64,000 bases of DNA from an uncultured Bordetella sp. (lineage in GTDB: Bacteria > Pseudomonadota > Gammaproteobacteria > Burkholderiales > SG8-41): assembly GCA_964433345.1 (NCBI GenBank), contig CAYSQJ010000004.1:109381-173380 (forward strand), given 5' to 3'. Shown here one piece after another: positions 1 through 9,293 of this stretch (positions within the stretch are counted from its first letter, which is position 1; each line of letters opens with the position of its first letter). The notes below the pieces were generated by a model that saw nothing but the letters and a program-made list of their open reading frames with translations, had not been told where the DNA came from and made no database searches. Position numbers and translations under genes: made by a program.

Positions 1-118
1 CACTGGTGGATACGCGAGAGATGACCGCAGTCGCGGCTCAATCCGTTCCCGCAACAACAAAAACAAGTGCTGTCGGACGCGGGACAAGTCGTCACGTTTC
101 CCGGCAGGCAGGGGAAGC

Positions 119-1801
119 GTGATGGACCAAAACCCGCTGTTGCGCCATCTGCGCAACGCGAGAGGGTGGACCCATATCGAGGGCGGGGCCTTCAGGATCG
201 CCGCAGCGGTGCTGCTTGCGGTGCTGATCGCGGGCGTCGGCATGCTGGTGTATGCCACCGGGGGCATCAAGTATGTCTATTCGCATGCCATGTACCTCGC
301 GCTGGTGCTCGCAGGCCTGTTTTTCGGGGTGCCCGGCGGGCTCGTCGCGGGTGTCGTCGGCGGGCTGGTGCTCGGTCCCTGGATGCCGATCGACACCGCG
401 ACCGGCGAGCTGCAGAGGGCGATCAACTGGGTTTACCGGATGTTCTTCTTCTGCCTGGTCGGCGGCCTGTCCGGTTACCTGTTCTCGATCATGCGTTCGC
501 ACATCACCCGCACGCAGTGGGTATCCGAGCGCAATGTCCACACCGGGCTGCCCAATCGCATGTACCTCGAGCGCGCGATGCGCGATGCGCTGCGCCGGCA
601 AACGCTGTCGCCGGAATTCCTGGTCGTGGTGGTCAACGTCGACAACTATCTCGAGATCATCAATACCCTGGGGCCGAATTTCAGCAAGCCGCTGATGACC
701 GCGGTGTATGAGCGCATTGCCGGCTGCCTGCCGAAACCCTTCCTGCTGTGCCAGTACCACACAGACCGCTTTGTCGCGGTGACCCGTGCCGAGGGCGCCG
801 CGGAGACCCTGCGCAGCGTCACCGCCGTGCTGCGGCGCTCATTCGCGGTGGAGGACATCCATGTCTATGTCGACGCCAGCATCGGCATGGCTGAATTCCC
901 GCTGCACGGCAACGAGCCGGAAGAGCTGATACAGAAGGCCAGCATCGCGATGCACGCAGCGATGAAGAAGGGGCAGGCGTGGTCGATATACGACCGCAGT
1001 GCCGACGCTGCCAACCGGGAAACGCTGACACTGCTGGGGCTGATTCCGGATGCCATCGCTGCCGGCGAGTTCCGGCTCTGGTGCCAGCCCAAGCTGAGGC
1101 TGGCGGACCGGCGCTATACCGGCGTCGAAATGCTGATGCGCTGGCATTCGCCCGGGCGCGGCAGCATTCCGCCCGCAACCTTCATTCCCCACGCCGAGCG
1201 CACCTCGCTGATCCACCTGCTGACGCGCTGGGCGCTGGAAACCTCCTTCGGCCAGATGAAGATCTGGCTGGCTGCGATGCCCGAACTGCAGATGTCGGTC
1301 AATCTGACCGCACGCGATCTCGGCGACCCCGAACTGCCGCAGTTCATCGATGACCTTGCCGCGCGCCATGCCATCGATCCGCGGCAGATTGAATTCGAAA
1401 TCACCGAATCCGGCATCGTCAGCGACCAGGGCAGCGCGGCGCAGTTGCTGCAGACCATCAAGCAGCGCGGATTCCGCGTGGCGATCGACGATTTCGGCAC
1501 CGGGCAGTCCTCGCTGCAGTATCTGAAGACGCTGCCGATCGACCATCTCAAGATCGATCAGGCTTTCGTGCGCAACCTGCTGACCGACCGCCGCGACCAG
1601 TCGATTGTCCAGACCGTGATTGCCATGGCGCAGGGACTGGGGATGGAGGTGACGGCTGAAGGTGTCGAGAACGCGGCCGCCGTTGACTATCTCGCCGCGC
1701 AGGGCTGCGGACACGCGCAGGGCTATGCCATCGCGCGACCGTTTCCGGCGGAGGAACTGCTGGATTGGCTCGGGAGCCGCCGGGGCGTGCAGGCGCAGTG
1801 A
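119..1801 (+). CDS. Membrane-anchored c-di-GMP phosphodiesterase with a degenerate GGDEF domain and an EAL domain
   Basis: 560-aa ORF. Hydrophobic N-terminal segments. The GGDEF-like domain has a degenerate signature (YHTDRF). The C-terminal EAL domain keeps EFEITES, DDFGTGQSSLQYL and KIDQAFV motifs. Confidence 0.85.
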   Translation: MMDQNPLLRHLRNARGWTHIEGGAFRIAAAVLLAVLIAGVGMLVYATGGIKYVYSHAMYLALVLAGLFFGVPGGLVAGVVGGLVLGPWMPIDTATGELQRAINWVYRMFFFCLVGGLSGYLFSIMRSHITRTQWVSERNVHTGLPNRMYLERAMRDALRRQTLSPEFLVVVVNVDNYLEIINTLGPNFSKPLMTAVYERIAGCLPKPFLLCQYHTDRFVAVTRAEGAAETLRSVTAVLRRSFAVEDIHVYVDASIGMAEFPLHGNEPEELIQKASIAMHAAMKKGQAWSIYDRSADAANRETLTLLGLIPDAIAAGEFRLWCQPKLRLADRRYTGVEMLMRWHSPGRGSIPPATFIPHAERTSLIHLLTRWALETSFGQMKIWLAAMPELQMSVNLTARDLGDPELPQFIDDLAARHAIDPRQIEFEITESGIVSDQGSAAQLLQTIKQRGFRVAIDDFGTGQSSLQYLKTLPIDHLKIDQAFVRNLLTDRRDQSIVQTVIAMAQGLGMEVTAEGVENAAAVDYLAAQGCGHAQGYAIARPFPAEELLDWLGSRRGVQAQ

Positions 1802-1840
1802 TGTCAGGAGCGGCAGCGGCCTGACGCCGGATCTTGCTGC

Positions 1841-3100
1841 TCAGGCTGTCGCCGCCGCCTCGCGGCGGTGGCGCGGCAGCCACAGCGCCAGCGGCAGTGC
1901 AAGAAAGCCGATGCCCGAAGCGACGTATATGGCGAGGGTGTAGTCGCCCGTATTGTCGAACAACACGCCGCCGAGCCAGCCGCCCAGCGCCATGCCGGTG
2001 CTCGCACCGATCATTTCAAACGAGAAAATCGAACTCAGCGGCGCCTTGGGGCCGAACATCTGCCGGTTGATGATCGGGAAGCCGACCATCTCGCCGCCAT
2101 AGCAGATGCCGAAAATCACCGCGAAAACATAGAAGTGCCAGGCCTCGGTGGCGAAGAGCAGCATCAGGATCGACAGGCTCTGGCCGAAGATTGCCCAGGA
2201 GAGGATGGTGCGTCCGCCGAAGCGCTCGGTCAGCAGCGAGAAGGTGAATCGGCTGAAGATCGAGACGCCGGCAATCGTGCTCAGCACGCCCGCAGCCTGA
2301 AGCCCCGGTATGCCGTGATGGGTGGCCATCGACACGCCGTGCGCCAGGATGACCGCATGGCCCGCGCAGCCGAGGTGGTGGCAGCCGGTGAGCAGCCAGA
2401 CCGGCTTGCGCGCGAGCACCGAGCGCAGGCTGATCGCGGCTTCCGCCGTGCCGGAAACCGGCTTGTCCGGCGTGGCCTCGCTTGCGCCGTACGCAGTCAG
2501 CCCCATTTCGGCCGGGCTGGTCCGGATCAGCCAGGAAAATCCCAGCAGGATTGCGCCGAAGGAGAGTCCTACCACCAAAAACGCCGATTCCCAGCCGCGG
2601 GTCTCGATCAGCCAGCGGAACAGCGGCGCGAAGATCACCGGCCCGGAGCCGAGCGCTGCCCAGTAGATGCCCAGTGCGAGCCCCATTTTCCGGTCAAACC
2701 AGCGGGTCACCAGTACCGGCAACAGCACCATGAATGCCGCATTGCCGAGTGCGCCGACGAACACGCCGTAGAGCACGTAGAGGTGCCACAGTTCCTGGAT
2801 CATCCCGAGCATCACCGTGCCGGCGGAGATCATCAGCGATGCCCCGATCATCAGCGTGCGTGCGCCGCAGCGGTCGCCCAGCCAGCCGAATACCAGCATC
2901 GCCGGCATGCTGCACAGGAAGGCCAGCGAATAGGCGAGCCCGATGTCGCCGCGCTTCCAGTCGAATTTTTCGACCAGCGGATCGACGAACACTGCAAACG
3001 ATGCCGAGTCGGCGCGGCTGACGATGCTGACGACGCAGGTGGCGGCGAGGATGATCCAGGCGTAATGGATGCGCGGCATGCGGGCGGATGGGGATGTCAT
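1841..3100 (-). CDS. MFS transporter
   Basis: 419-aa ORF, highly hydrophobic with about 12 predicted helices. MFS-type loop GWLGDRCGART after the second helix. Confidence 0.8.
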   Translation of the reverse strand: MTSPSARMPRIHYAWIILAATCVVSIVSRADSASFAVFVDPLVEKFDWKRGDIGLAYSLAFLCSMPAMLVFGWLGDRCGARTLMIGASLMISAGTVMLGMIQELWHLYVLYGVFVGALGNAAFMVLLPVLVTRWFDRKMGLALGIYWAALGSGPVIFAPLFRWLIETRGWESAFLVVGLSFGAILLGFSWLIRTSPAEMGLTAYGASEATPDKPVSGTAEAAISLRSVLARKPVWLLTGCHHLGCAGHAVILAHGVSMATHHGIPGLQAAGVLSTIAGVSIFSRFTFSLLTERFGGRTILSWAIFGQSLSILMLLFATEAWHFYVFAVIFGICYGGEMVGFPIINRQMFGPKAPLSSIFSFEMIGASTGMALGGWLGGVLFDNTGDYTLAIYVASGIGFLALPLALWLPRHRREAAATA

Positions 3101-3299
3101 GGGGACGTACTGGTTGGGGTGGGGTGTTACAGGTTTGCGGCGCGCAGGTTCAGGATGTGGAGTTACTCACCCATGGAGAGCAGGCATTTTCGCATACCCG
3201 ATCCCCCGCACATCGATTCGATTCCGCAGGATGGTCCGCTGCCGGCGGGTTTTGCTGCGGCAAGTTCCGGACACCATCCGGACTCGCGATCCGGGCGGG

Positions 3300-4718
3300 T
3301 TATTTCCCGGATGAACCTTTGTCACCGGCCGCAGCCTGGCCGGAGGGTTGCCTTTCCTTCCGCTGTTTCTTGAGCAGATACATGGTCTCGTCGGCGTGGC
3401 GCAACAGCTGTTTTTCGTCGTCTCCGTGCTGCGGGCAATGGGCGGCCCCGAAGCTCGCGGTGATGCCGACTGTTTTTCCTGCCAGCTCAAAAGGCTGATG
3501 CAGGGTCTTGCGGAATTTGCTGATCAGCATCTCGACGTTTTCCGGCGATGCGATGTTTTCCAGCAACACCACGAATTCGTCGCCGCCGAAGCGTGCAACG
3601 GTGTCGCCGGAGCGCACGCACTGTTCAAGGCGCCGCGCGACCTGCTGCAGCAGCTGGTCACCGGTCCCGTGACCGAGGTTGTCGTTGACTGCCTTGAATC
3701 CGTCCAGATCGATGAAAACCAGAGACAGCTGCATCTGGCCGCGCCGGGTCCTCGCCAGAGCCAGCCGCATGCGGTCATGGAAGAGCTGCCGGTTGGCCAG
3801 CCCGGTCAGGCTGTCGTAGAGAGCCATCTGCTGCAGGCTGGCAACAAGCCTTTTGCGCTCGATGGCCGTGGCAATCTGGACGGACACGAATTGCAGCAGT
3901 TCCCGGTCTTTGTCGTTGTAGTGTGCATCGCGGGCGTCGTTTTGCACCACCAACACGCCGATGGTGCCCTTGCCGGAGGTCAGCGGGATGCCCAGCCAGC
4001 TGAGTGCATGATCTTCAATCAGCTCGCGGGCAGCCCCGTGCAGTTCCTCCGGGAGGTCCGCGTCGCGGCCCGGGGCCAGAAGTAATGCTTCGCCGCTGCG
4101 GATGACCTGCGCACAGAGGGCGTCGAGGCCGGATTTGTGCGGATCGGCTTGCGCGCCTGTTTTGTCGTCGTGGCAGGCGAAATCCATCGTACCGCTGCGT
4201 TCATCGACGAGAGCAATCGAAAAGCTGGAAAAGGCCAGCAGATCGCTGATGATGCGGTGGATCTGCCGGTACAGGGACTGCAGATCCTCCGCTTCGTGGG
4301 CTGCCTCCGAAATGGCATATAGCGCCGCCTGTACCTTCTCCGCGTGTTTGCGCCGGGTGATATCCCTGGCCACTGCAATGCGCAACTGGTGGTCTTCCGA
4401 CCAGCGGGCGGACCACATGATATCGACGACCTGGCCGTCCTTGCGCAGGTAGCGGTTCTCGAAGTGAAACTGCGGATTGCCGGCCATGATGCCGCTGGCG
4501 GTCTGCAGCGTCCGTTCGCGGTCTTCGGGGTGCACCAGCTCGATCATGCGCCGGCCGAGCACCTCCTGCGGCGCGTAGCCGAAAATGGTCTCGAAACTGG
4601 CGCTGACGTAGACATAACGCCCCTCCTTGTCCACCACGCAAATGGCATCGAGCAGCAGATCGATGTATTCGCTCAAGGCTGGGCGGGAGGCGGATGTCAT
4701 GGGGGCGGTGTCTGGCAT
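3300..4718 (-). CDS. PAS-GAF-GGDEF diguanylate cyclase
   Basis: 472-aa ORF. N-terminal PAS-like region (FETIFGYAPQEVLGRRMIELVHPED), GAF-like middle. GGDEF domain with DSLTGLANR and RFGGDEFVVLL. Confidence 0.85.
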   Translation of the reverse strand: MPDTAPMTSASRPALSEYIDLLLDAICVVDKEGRYVYVSASFETIFGYAPQEVLGRRMIELVHPEDRERTLQTASGIMAGNPQFHFENRYLRKDGQVVDIMWSARWSEDHQLRIAVARDITRRKHAEKVQAALYAISEAAHEAEDLQSLYRQIHRIISDLLAFSSFSIALVDERSGTMDFACHDDKTGAQADPHKSGLDALCAQVIRSGEALLLAPGRDADLPEELHGAARELIEDHALSWLGIPLTSGKGTIGVLVVQNDARDAHYNDKDRELLQFVSVQIATAIERKRLVASLQQMALYDSLTGLANRQLFHDRMRLALARTRRGQMQLSLVFIDLDGFKAVNDNLGHGTGDQLLQQVARRLEQCVRSGDTVARFGGDEFVVLLENIASPENVEMLISKFRKTLHQPFELAGKTVGITASFGAAHCPQHGDDEKQLLRHADETMYLLKKQRKERQPSGQAAAGDKGSSGK

Positions 4719-4860
4719 GGATTGACCTGGGGCAGGGCTATTCTATTCGAGCCGGCCCGGCACCGGTTATCGCGGCGCCTGATGGTTATCAGGCCCTTAC
4801 GAGCCCGCATGACGTTCGCCATGCGCAAGCCGAGACCGCTGCCGCTATATACTTGAGCCC

Positions 4861-6264
4861 ATGCAAGTCACCTCCATGCACTTCAAGGCCCGCGCCGGTA
4901 CCAAGCTGGCCGATGTCCGCCTGCAGACAGCCCTGAAAAAGCTGCAGGGCAATTTCGTCAAGGGCCGGGCCGACCGCATCGCCGAACTGGACAATTTCCC
5001 GGACATCCGCGATGCCGCGGCGGCAATCCGCGACCGCGCGCTGGAGAACCTCGACGTCTGGCTGGATACCTTTGAACGCAATGCCGCGGCCCGCGGCACC
5101 GTGGTCCACTGGGCGGAAACCCACGATGACGTGAACCGCATCGTCCGCGAAATCGCCTTGCGGCACGGGGTGCGCAAGGTGATCAAGTCGAAGTCGATGG
5201 TCACCGAGGAATGCGGGCTCAACGACGCGCTGGAGTCGGCCGGCGTCGAGGTGGTCGAAACCGATCTCGGCGAATATATCCTTCAGCTGGCGAAGGAGCC
5301 GCCCTCGCACATCGTCGCACCGGTGGTGCACAAGACCCGCGACGAGGTATCCGACCTGTTCGCCGAGAAGCACCAGGCGCCACGGCTGACCGACATCCCG
5401 GCATTGTGCCGCGAGGCGCGGGAGAAGCTGCGGCCGCATTTCCTGTCGGCGGAGATGGGCGTGTCCGGGGCCAATTTCGTCATCGCCGAGACCGGCTCTA
5501 CGCTGATCGTCACCAACGAGGGCAACGGTCGCATGGTGACCACGCTGCCGAAGGTGCACGTGGCGATCACCGGCATCGAGAAAGTGGTGCCGACGCTGGA
5601 GGATGTGACCACCTTGCTGCGTCTGCTGCCGCGCCACGGCACCGGGCAGAGCATCACTAATTACATCTCGGTGACCACCGGGCCGAAGCGCGACGGCGAT
5701 TCCGACGGTCCCGAACACTTCCACGTGATCCTGGTCGATGCCGGGCGCACGGATCTCATTGGCGGCGACATGCAGCAGATGCTGCGCTGTATCCGCTGTG
5801 GTGCCTGCATGAACCATTGCCCGGTCTACCAGAGTGTCGGCGGCCATGCCTATGGCTGGGTTTATCCGGGGCCGATGGGTTCGGTGCTGACGCCGACCTA
5901 TGTCGGACTGGAGAACGCGCGCGATCTGCCCAATGCAGCGACGCTGTGCGGCCAGTGCGAGGTCGCCTGCCCGGTGAAGATTCCGCTGCCGGAACTGCTG
6001 CGCAAGCTGCGTGAGCGACAGTTCGAACAGGGGCTCAAGCCCTGGCACGAGGTTGCCGCGCTGCGGCTGTGGGGCTGGCTGGCCCGGCACCCTGCGCTGT
6101 ACGGGCTGGCGACGCGGATCAAGGTCCGCGCATTGAAGGCGATGGCCAACCCCCAAGGCATGATCCGTAGCCTGCCCTTCGGCGGCGGCTGGACCGACCG
6201 GCGCGATTTCCCGGCGCCGGAGGGGAAGACGTTCAGGGAGTTGTACGAAAAATCAAAAGCGTAG
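4861..6264 (+). CDS. lutB: Lactate utilization protein B (LutB/YkgF-type iron-sulfur protein)
   Basis: 467-aa ORF. LUD-type domain plus two 4Fe-4S motifs (CIRCGACMNHCPVY and CGQCEVACPV). Confidence 0.85.
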   Translation: MQVTSMHFKARAGTKLADVRLQTALKKLQGNFVKGRADRIAELDNFPDIRDAAAAIRDRALENLDVWLDTFERNAAARGTVVHWAETHDDVNRIVREIALRHGVRKVIKSKSMVTEECGLNDALESAGVEVVETDLGEYILQLAKEPPSHIVAPVVHKTRDEVSDLFAEKHQAPRLTDIPALCREAREKLRPHFLSAEMGVSGANFVIAETGSTLIVTNEGNGRMVTTLPKVHVAITGIEKVVPTLEDVTTLLRLLPRHGTGQSITNYISVTTGPKRDGDSDGPEHFHVILVDAGRTDLIGGDMQQMLRCIRCGACMNHCPVYQSVGGHAYGWVYPGPMGSVLTPTYVGLENARDLPNAATLCGQCEVACPVKIPLPELLRKLRERQFEQGLKPWHEVAALRLWGWLARHPALYGLATRIKVRALKAMANPQGMIRSLPFGGGWTDRRDFPAPEGKTFRELYEKSKA

Positions 6265-6386
6265 CCACAGAGGGCATAGAGAACACAGAGAAATTCTCGG
6301 ATCTCGTCACTCCGGCGCAAGCCGGAGTCAAGCAGCAATATTGACGAGACTCCTGGATTCCGGATCGCGCTTTGCGCGTCCGGAAT
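6265..6386. repeat. Composite GC-rich REP-like element (CACAGAG-type direct repeats plus two palindromic hairpins)
   Basis: CCACAGAGGGCATAGAGAACACAGAGAAA, followed by hairpin CTCCGGcgcaaGCCGGAG (about 6310-6327). A nested hairpin ATTCCGGAtcGCGCtttGCGCgTCCGGAAT follows at about 6357-6386. It lies between lutB and mmsA. Confidence 0.6.
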
Positions 6387-6425
6387 GACGATATCGGTAA
6401 CCAGTTGTTATTCCAAGAGACCATC

Positions 6426-7937
6426 ATGAACAAACCAAACGACATCACCACCACCATTCCCCTGTGGATCGACGGCAAGGCGCATCCGGCGACATCGACC
6501 CGCACGGCGGGCGTTACCAATCCGGCGACCGGCAGGGTCACGCGGCAGGTGCCGCTGGCGAATGCGCAGGACATTGACGCCGCCGTCCAGTCGGCGCAGC
6601 GCGCCTATCCGGCATGGCGCGACACGCCGCCGCTGCGCCGCGCGCGCATCCTGATGCGTTACCGCGAGCTGCTCGATGCCCACCGCGACGAGCTCGCGCG
6701 GCTGGTCACTGACGAACACGGCAAGACCCTGGCCGACGCTGCCGGCTCGGTGCAGCGCGGCATCGAGGTCGTCGAGTTCGCGATGGGCATTCCGCACCTG
6801 CTGAAGGGCGAGCACAGCGAGGACGTCGGCACCGGCGTCGATACCCATTCGCTGCGCCAGCCGCTGGGTGTCTGCGCCGGCATCACGCCCTTCAATTTTC
6901 CGGTGATGGTGCCGCTGTGGATGTTCCCGGTTGCGATCGCCTGCGGCAATACCTTCGTGCTGAAACCCTCGGAGAAAGTGCCGTCGGCCTCGATGCGCAT
7001 GGCGGAGCTGTTCAGCGAGGCCGGGCTGCCGGACGGCGTGCTTAACGTCGTGCATGGCGACAAGGAGGCGGTGGATGCCCTGCTGCATCACCCGCAGGTG
7101 AGGGCGGTGTCCTTCGTCGGCTCGACCCCGATTGCGAAGTACATCTACGAAACCTGCGCGAAGGAGGGCAAGCGCGTGCAGGCGCTGGGCGGGGCAAAGA
7201 ACCACGCCGTGGTGCTCGCCGATGCCGATCTCGATTTCGCGGCCGACGCCCTGATCGGCGCGGCCTATGGTTCGGCGGGCGAGCGCTGCATGGCGATTTC
7301 CGCGGTTGTGGCAGTGGAGGAGGTGGCCGACGCGCTGGTGGCGAAGCTGCAGACCGCCGCCGCACGTCTGAAAATCGGCCCCGGCCAGCAGAAGGACGCC
7401 GACATGGGACCGGTGATCAGCCGCGTCCATCGCGACAAGATTGCCTCCTATGTCGACCAGGGCGTTGCCGCCGGCGCCAAGCTGCTGCTCGACGGCCGCA
7501 GCCTGAAGGTGGCCGGCCACGAGGAGGGATTTTTCATCGGCGCCACGCTGTTTGACCACGTGAAGCCGGAGATGACGATCTACCGCGACGAGATTTTCGG
7601 CCCGGTGCTGGTTGTGCTGCGGGTGAAGTCTCTCGACGAGGCGATCAGGCTGATCAACGCCAACCCCTATGCCAACGGCACGGCAGTGTTCACCCGCTCC
7701 GGCGGTGCCGCGCGGCGTTTCGAGCGCGAGATCGAGGTAGGCATGGTCGGCATCAACGTGCCGATCCCTGTGCCCATCGCCTATTACTCCTTCGGCGGCT
7801 GGCGCAATTCGCTGTTCGGCGACCAGCATGTGCACGGCCCCGAGGGTGTGCGTTTCTATACCCGCGGCAAGGTGGTAACCACGCGCTGGCCCGACGACAA
7901 GGCCGTGGCCGGCGGCTTCAACATGCCGACGCTGTGA
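6426..7937 (+). CDS. mmsA: Methylmalonate-semialdehyde dehydrogenase (CoA-acylating), aldehyde dehydrogenase family
   Basis: ORF 6372-7937 with an internal ATG at 6426 (MNKPNDITTTIPLWIDGK). ALDH motifs include FTRSGGAARRF, and the end FYTRGKVVTTRW is typical of MmsA. Confidence 0.88.
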   Translation: MNKPNDITTTIPLWIDGKAHPATSTRTAGVTNPATGRVTRQVPLANAQDIDAAVQSAQRAYPAWRDTPPLRRARILMRYRELLDAHRDELARLVTDEHGKTLADAAGSVQRGIEVVEFAMGIPHLLKGEHSEDVGTGVDTHSLRQPLGVCAGITPFNFPVMVPLWMFPVAIACGNTFVLKPSEKVPSASMRMAELFSEAGLPDGVLNVVHGDKEAVDALLHHPQVRAVSFVGSTPIAKYIYETCAKEGKRVQALGGAKNHAVVLADADLDFAADALIGAAYGSAGERCMAISAVVAVEEVADALVAKLQTAAARLKIGPGQQKDADMGPVISRVHRDKIASYVDQGVAAGAKLLLDGRSLKVAGHEEGFFIGATLFDHVKPEMTIYRDEIFGPVLVVLRVKSLDEAIRLINANPYANGTAVFTRSGGAARRFEREIEVGMVGINVPIPVPIAYYSFGGWRNSLFGDQHVHGPEGVRFYTRGKVVTTRWPDDKAVAGGFNMPTL

Positions 7938-7941
7938 AGAA

Positions 7942-8020
7942 CAGTGAGGAGTCAGGGGTGAGGCGTAAGGAGTAAAACCCTGACACCTCACACCTCACAC
8001 CTCACACCTCACTGAAAAAA
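7942..8020. repeat. Structured intergenic element with a (CACCTCA)x4 tandem heptamer
   Basis: CAGTGAGG (7942-7949) pairs with CCTCACTG (about 8007-8014), and GTCAGGG pairs with CCCTGAC. Four tandem CACCTCA units lie at about 7984-8011, followed by an A6 run. Confidence 0.6.
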
Positions 8021-8023
8021 CCC

Positions 8024-8668
8024 ATGTCTGCACGCGCCAACATTCTCGCCCGCATCCGCACCCGCCAGGGCAAGGCGGTGACGGTGCGCGCGGCGGAGCG
8101 CGAGGCGGTGGCGCAGTACCTGGCGGAACATCCCCAGGGTCCGCGGCCACAGACGGGCGATGATGCCCTTGCCCGTTTCCGCGCGCGCGCGCTGGGTCTG
8201 TCGACGACCATTGACGAACTGCAGTCGCCTGCCGAAGTGCCGGCCGCAGTGGCGCGTTACCTGCGCGGTCTGGGACTGGCGCCGGCCGGCGTTTGCTGGC
8301 CTGAGTTCGCGGCGCTGGACTGGCAGGCGCAGGGACTTGCCGTGGAATCACGCGCAGCGCGCGGCGATGACCTCGTCGGCATCACCGGCGTTTTTTGCGC
8401 GATCGCCGAGACCGGCACGCTGGTGACCTGCTCCGGTCCGGCCACTCCGCCGGCAACGAGCCTGCTGCCGGAAACCCATATCGCCGTGCTGCGGCGCGAC
8501 CGCATCGTCGCCGGCATGGAGGATGCATGGACGCTGCTGCGCGAAGAGCACGGTGCCTTGCCGCGGGCAGTGAATTTCATCTCGGGCCCTTCGCGCACGG
8601 CGGACATCGAGCAGACCGTGACGCTGGGCGCGCACGGTCCCTACCGGGTGTACATTCTGCTGCTCTGA
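8024..8668 (+). CDS. lutC: Lactate utilization protein C (LutC/YkgG, LUD domain)
   Basis: 214-aa ORF. N-terminus MSARANILARIR and GITGVFCAIAETGTLV...SLLPETHIAVL fit the LutC/YkgG family. Confidence 0.8.
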   Translation: MSARANILARIRTRQGKAVTVRAAEREAVAQYLAEHPQGPRPQTGDDALARFRARALGLSTTIDELQSPAEVPAAVARYLRGLGLAPAGVCWPEFAALDWQAQGLAVESRAARGDDLVGITGVFCAIAETGTLVTCSGPATPPATSLLPETHIAVLRRDRIVAGMEDAWTLLREEHGALPRAVNFISGPSRTADIEQTVTLGAHGPYRVYILLL

Positions 8669-8680
8669 GCGCCTGCCTGT

Positions 8681-9016
8681 TCAGCGGCCCGAAGGCACGT
8701 CGTCGGGCAGGGGCGCGCGGGATTTGAGGCGCCGGCGCAATGCGGCCCTGGCGAGCAGGCTCGCGCTGACCGGCGCGGTGACGAACAGGAACAGCGTGAT
8801 CAGCAGTTCGTGCAGCGAGACGCCGTGGCTGATTGAATAGGCGATCGACGCGAGCAGCATGCCGCCCACGCCCAGCGTCGTCGCCTTGGTCGGTGCATGC
8901 AGGCGCATGAAGAAGTCGGGCAGGCGCAGCAGGCCGATGGCGCCGACCAGCGTGAAGAAGCTGCCGATCAGCAGCATCAGCGCGACCAGCCATTCGAGGA
9001 GGATTGCGGCGTCCAT
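8681..9016 (-). CDS. phaG: Mrp/Pha antiporter subunit G
   Basis: Internal ATG of ORF 8681-9079. MDAAILLEWLVALMLLIGSFFTLVGAIGLLRLPDFFMRLHAPTKATTLG is the MnhG/PhaG signature. Confidence 0.85.
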   Translation of the reverse strand: MDAAILLEWLVALMLLIGSFFTLVGAIGLLRLPDFFMRLHAPTKATTLGVGGMLLASIAYSISHGVSLHELLITLFLFVTAPVSASLLARAALRRRLKSRAPLPDDVPSGR

Positions 9017-9023
9017 GGCGGCC

Positions 9024-9293
9024 TCAGTCCATGACGTCGCCGCGCTCGAGGTAGCGGGCGAGTGCGACGGTGGCGACAAAACCCATCAGTGCGATCAGCA
9101 GCGCGGCCTCGAAGTAGACCGAGCTTGCCATGCGGATGCCGAGGACTATCAGCAGCGCGATGGCGTTGATGTACAGCGTGTCGAGCGCGAGTATGCGGTC
9201 GGCTGCATCGGGGCCGCGCACCAGCCTGACCAGGCACAGCAGCATGGCGAGGCCGATGGCGCAGAAGGCGATGTTGATGGCCAGGTTCAGCAT
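9024..9293 (-). CDS. phaF: Mrp/Pha antiporter subunit F
   Basis: 89-aa C-terminal part of ORF 9024-9572 starting MLNLAINIAF. It contains GPDAADRILALD, typical of MrpF/PhaF. The start overlaps the phaE stop. Confidence 0.85.
   Translation of the reverse strand: MLNLAINIAFCAIGLAMLLCLVRLVRGPDAADRILALDTLYINAIALLIVLGIRMASSVYFEAALLIALMGFVATVALARYLERGDVMD

Noticed and set aside
1802-1840. The GTCAGG...CCTGAC hairpin between the convergent EAL and MFS genes as a terminator.
   Set aside because: The stem is short and has no flanking T or A tracts. It is plausible but not supportable as an intrinsic terminator from sequence alone.
3217-3225. A TTCGATTCC string resembling a tRNA T-loop in the 3101-3299 gap.
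   Set aside because: The flanking bases cannot form a T-stem, and no acceptor or anticodon arms can be drawn. It is not a tRNA.
7984-8011. The tandem CACCTCA repeats as a possible CRISPR array or coding repeat.
   Set aside because: The units are only 7 bp with no spacers, and there are no cas genes. The repeat lies in an 86-bp intergenic hairpin, so I treat it as a structured micro-repeat.
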